DNA of 64,000 nucleotides from Candidatus Acidiferrales bacterium. Lineage in GTDB: Bacteria > Patescibacteriota > Microgenomatia > Levybacterales > UBA12049. The stretch spans positions 3,614 through 67,613 of the forward strand of contig DATLSZ010000001.1 of assembly GCA_035533875.1 (NCBI GenBank), read 5' to 3'. How positions within the stretch are numbered: position 1 is the stretch's first letter; each line of letters starts with the position of its first letter. Below are positions 61,734-64,000 of the stretch, piece after piece. A model generated the notes under the pieces. It had not been told where the DNA came from, did not search any database, and was given only the letters and a program-made list of their open reading frames with translations. A program made the translations under genes and the position numbers.

Positions 61734-62030
61734 CTATTTTCCTCCGCCGAGCATCCCGGCAAGACCTCCGAGACCACCTGTCATTGACTGCAATTTTTTA
61801 GCCGCGACTTCTTGTGATTTTTTGACAGCTTCATTGACTGCTTCACGGATATCATCATCGGATTTACCATTGGTTTTTATTTCAAGAACTTTTTGGTCAC
61901 CGCTGATTTTGACATAGACACCACGCTTGCTTACCTCTACAATCTCTGACTGCAACTCTCGCTGCATCGCCATTGCTTGATCTCGCATCTTTTTGAGTTC
62001 TCCAATTTGTCCAAAAGGATTAAAAGCCAT
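61734..62030 (-). CDS. ybaB: YbaB/EbfC nucleoid-associated protein
   Basis: 98 aa; MRDQAMAMQRELQS...VKISGDQKVLEIK pattern; position beside dnaX. Confidence 0.85.
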   Translation of the reverse strand: MAFNPFGQIGELKKMRDQAMAMQRELQSEIVEVSKRGVYVKISGDQKVLEIKTNGKSDDDIREAVNEAVKKSQEVAAKKLQSMTGGLGGLAGMLGGGK

Positions 62031-62090
62031 ACAATCACCTCGCTTTCCCTGATTCTTAAGTTCAATTATAACTGCGATGCCGCGATGTCT

Positions 62091-63650
62091 TTAGATTCGC
62101 GGCGCCTTATTTCTTAATTCTACCTCAATTTGCACATCTTTTCCAGTGAGTAATTTACTGATCTTCAAAAGAGCATCCCGATTCTTCATATCATCAAGCC
62201 GTTCTTTATGAAATTTATATGCGGTTTGGATCACCAGCTTCTGATCAGCATAACTGCTTATCGTGCATCCTCGAAGCACTCCGGCAACAGTATGATTGTA
62301 CTTTTTCATTTCACTGATTAAACTTTTCCAAAATACTTCCATCCATTCTTGAGTAACAGTCCCGTCACCACTGGTATGCATCAATTCAGCTGAGGTCGTC
62401 GTAATCGATACTTCCTCTTCAGGTTCATTCTGCTTTGCAGAACCATACATCGCTTTTAATTTCTTCATCGTCCCCACCTGTTTACGCAAAGACGAAACTG
62501 AAACTTCAGTTTCTTGGGCGATAAAACGTTTCTTTGGTTCAGCACCAAGTGGTTCTGCTTTAACCGCGTCTGATGCGGTATTTTGTTCCGTTTGGCTCCG
62601 CGCGGATTCACACCATTCGATAACCGCCAGCTCCAAAGGCAACTGTGGCAGGACAGTATATTTCATGTCAGTGTAGGCTTTGCTAAACAATTCTGTCAGT
62701 TGTTTTATTTCGTCTAATGTAAATAGTGAAGGAGCTGGTTGATCGTTAACTTTAACCTCAATCAATAATAAAAAATGCAGCGTTGATATAAGTTTTTCTA
62801 AAAAGTTTTTAATATTAGTACCCTGTTCAAACACTGTTTGAACTATTTGCAAACTAGTTTTTGCATCTTTCTTCTTCAGCTCTTTAAGTAAATCATTTAT
62901 GTATTTTGCTGTATTAGAAGAATTATACTTTTCTTCTACTAGTTTTTTTGTTATATTCTTACCAACTGCTAGCAGCGCAGATTCTTCCAAAATCTTCACA
63001 CCATCCCGAAAGCCACCATCAGCCATACTAGCGATTACCTTAATGGCTTCATCATCAATAGCAATCTTTTCCCCTTTCACAATCCTCGTAAATGACCTCA
63101 CCAATTCTGCCTCGGTCGCAGGTTTAAACATAATCTGAAAACACCGTGACACAATCGTCTCCGGCACTTTGTGTGCTTCTGTTGTACAAAGAATAAACAT
63201 CGCGTGATCGGGCGGTTCCTCAAGCGTTTTCAGAAGCGCGTTGAACGCTTCAGTTGTAAGCATATGCACTTCATCGATAATGTACACTTTTCTCTTTGCG
63301 GAAACAGGTGCAAGCCGAATCTTTTCTTTCAAATCCCTAATCTCATCAATTCCGCGGTTTGATGCGGCGTCAATTTCCAGTACATCCATATTGGTACCGT
63401 TCGTGATAGAAACACATTGATCGCATGTGTCACATGGTTCCAAATTTTTTTCTCTTTTTGTATTTGCAGTCGTACAGTTAACGACTTTGGCAACAATCCG
63501 GGCAGTTGACGTCTTGCCCAATCCTTTCGGCCCGGTAAAAAGAAACGCGTGAGGAACCTCTTTTTGGAGAACTGCATATAACGTGTTGCGGACTGACTCA
63601 CTATCAAGATCATCAATTCGTTGGGGTCGATACTTTCTGTAGAAAACCAT
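62091..63650 (-). CDS. dnaX: DNA polymerase III subunit gamma/tau
   Basis: YRKYRPQRIDDL, GPKGLGKTSTAR, Zn module CDTCDQC, IIDEVHMLT. Confidence 0.95.
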   Translation of the reverse strand: MVFYRKYRPQRIDDLDSESVRNTLYAVLQKEVPHAFLFTGPKGLGKTSTARIVAKVVNCTTANTKREKNLEPCDTCDQCVSITNGTNMDVLEIDAASNRGIDEIRDLKEKIRLAPVSAKRKVYIIDEVHMLTTEAFNALLKTLEEPPDHAMFILCTTEAHKVPETIVSRCFQIMFKPATEAELVRSFTRIVKGEKIAIDDEAIKVIASMADGGFRDGVKILEESALLAVGKNITKKLVEEKYNSSNTAKYINDLLKELKKKDAKTSLQIVQTVFEQGTNIKNFLEKLISTLHFLLLIEVKVNDQPAPSLFTLDEIKQLTELFSKAYTDMKYTVLPQLPLELAVIEWCESARSQTEQNTASDAVKAEPLGAEPKKRFIAQETEVSVSSLRKQVGTMKKLKAMYGSAKQNEPEEEVSITTTSAELMHTSGDGTVTQEWMEVFWKSLISEMKKYNHTVAGVLRGCTISSYADQKLVIQTAYKFHKERLDDMKNRDALLKISKLLTGKDVQIEVELRNKAPRI

Positions 63651-63790
63651 AATTCAGAAAACTCAGTATAATCAGAATGCCGGAAAATCAGTATACCAGA
63701 AATTCGGAATATCAGAAAAGATATTTTCCGGTTCACTGGCTCTCTGAATTTCCGGATCTCTGAGTTTTCCGAGTTTTCTGAAATCACTAC
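63651..63790 (-). repeat. tandem-unit hairpin element, family 1 (longest copy)
   Basis: About 65-nt arms of TCAGAA/TCGGAA words and their complements. The sense strand ends GAGTTTTCTGAATT-ATG of dnaX and begins right after the ybeY stop. Confidence 0.8.
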
Positions 63791-64000
63791 CTACTCATGG
63801 TGCAATCCGAGTAAATGCAGCATCCCATGTTGTACCAGCTCATCAACTCTGTCATCAACAAGCATCTCCTGTTCTACTGCTTCTCGAATTACCTCAGGAT
63901 AAGAAATTATGATATCACCAAGCCGCATGATGTCTGTCGGCAATTTTGTTTGCTCGCCTTCTGCGAGAGGAAATGAAAGGATATTGGTCGTTTTATCTTT
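63791..64000 (-). CDS. ybeY: endoribonuclease YbeY, 3' part (extends beyond window)
   Basis: Minus-strand reading ends ...DELVQHGMLHLLGLHHE-stop (HGxLHLxGxxH metal motif). Not in the ORF track. Confidence 0.7.
   Translation of the reverse strand, partial: KDKTTNILSFPLAEGEQTKLPTDIMRLGDIIISYPEVIREAVEQEMLVDDRVDELVQHGMLHLLGLHHE

Noticed and set aside
63329-63787. 152-aa minus-strand ORF (MISENSENSEIRKF...) and the similar ORFs 37478-37966 and 37746-37940 (+)
   Set aside because: They read straight through the tandem-unit hairpins and into the opposite strand of real genes (dnaX, msrB). Their repetitive translation is an artefact of the repeat.
1-64000. tRNA, rRNA, tmRNA, SRP RNA or RNase P RNA genes
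   Set aside because: I scanned ORF-free spacers by eye for T-loop (GGTTCGAATCC-like) and other consensus strings and found none. This is not an exhaustive search, and tRNAscan-SE or Infernal should be run.

Overview
This is a gene-dense, AT-leaning 64-kb chromosomal segment. I call 68 protein-coding genes, two of them small ORFs missing from the ORF track. I found no rRNA, tRNA, CRISPR array, transposase or integrase by eye. The gene content suggests a small-genome Patescibacteria/CPR-like bacterium, but that is inference only. It includes dnaX-ybaB-recR, cysS, a class A PBP, sugar-phosphate and PRPP salvage genes, many small exported or orphan proteins, and archaeal-type modules. Recognisable blocks are: a MacAB-like efflux operon; an ApbE/FMN-binding pair; a two-component system; a zur-zupT operon with an operator palindrome; a carbohydrate block (glycerate kinase, one fused and one split transketolase, IMPase/FBPase, class I aldolase, PfkB kinase); cell-envelope genes (GT-C glycosyltransferase, GH18, lamin-tail-domain protein, PBP1A); and a 9-kb minus-strand isoprenoid super-operon. 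That operon runs HMG-CoA reductase, HMG-CoA synthase, thiolase, DUF35-like OB protein, two GHMP kinases, MvaD, Idi and UppS, followed by an archaeal-type PPAT-DUF359 fusion with its own promoter. Four signals are not explained by ordinary annotation. (1) About a dozen intergenic spacers are filled by 55-140-nt imperfect hairpins built from tandem 7-9-nt degenerate units. They fall into at least four word families, and most end at or near the start codon of the downstream gene. (2) At least 20 genes have a -10 box, often TGnTAyAAT, only 6-9 nt upstream of the start codon. This implies widespread leaderless mRNAs, whereas strong Shine-Dalgarno sites precede only four genes. (3) Several orphan gene cassettes stand out. 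One is flanked by a 32-nt duplication of the PBP1A 3' end, two exported-protein genes share a duplicated promoter plus signal-peptide module, and two orphans share an HIR-containing linear motif. (4) An AT-rich islet carries two unannotated lysine-rich small ORFs. All functional calls rest on motifs read by eye; no searches or folding programs were run.
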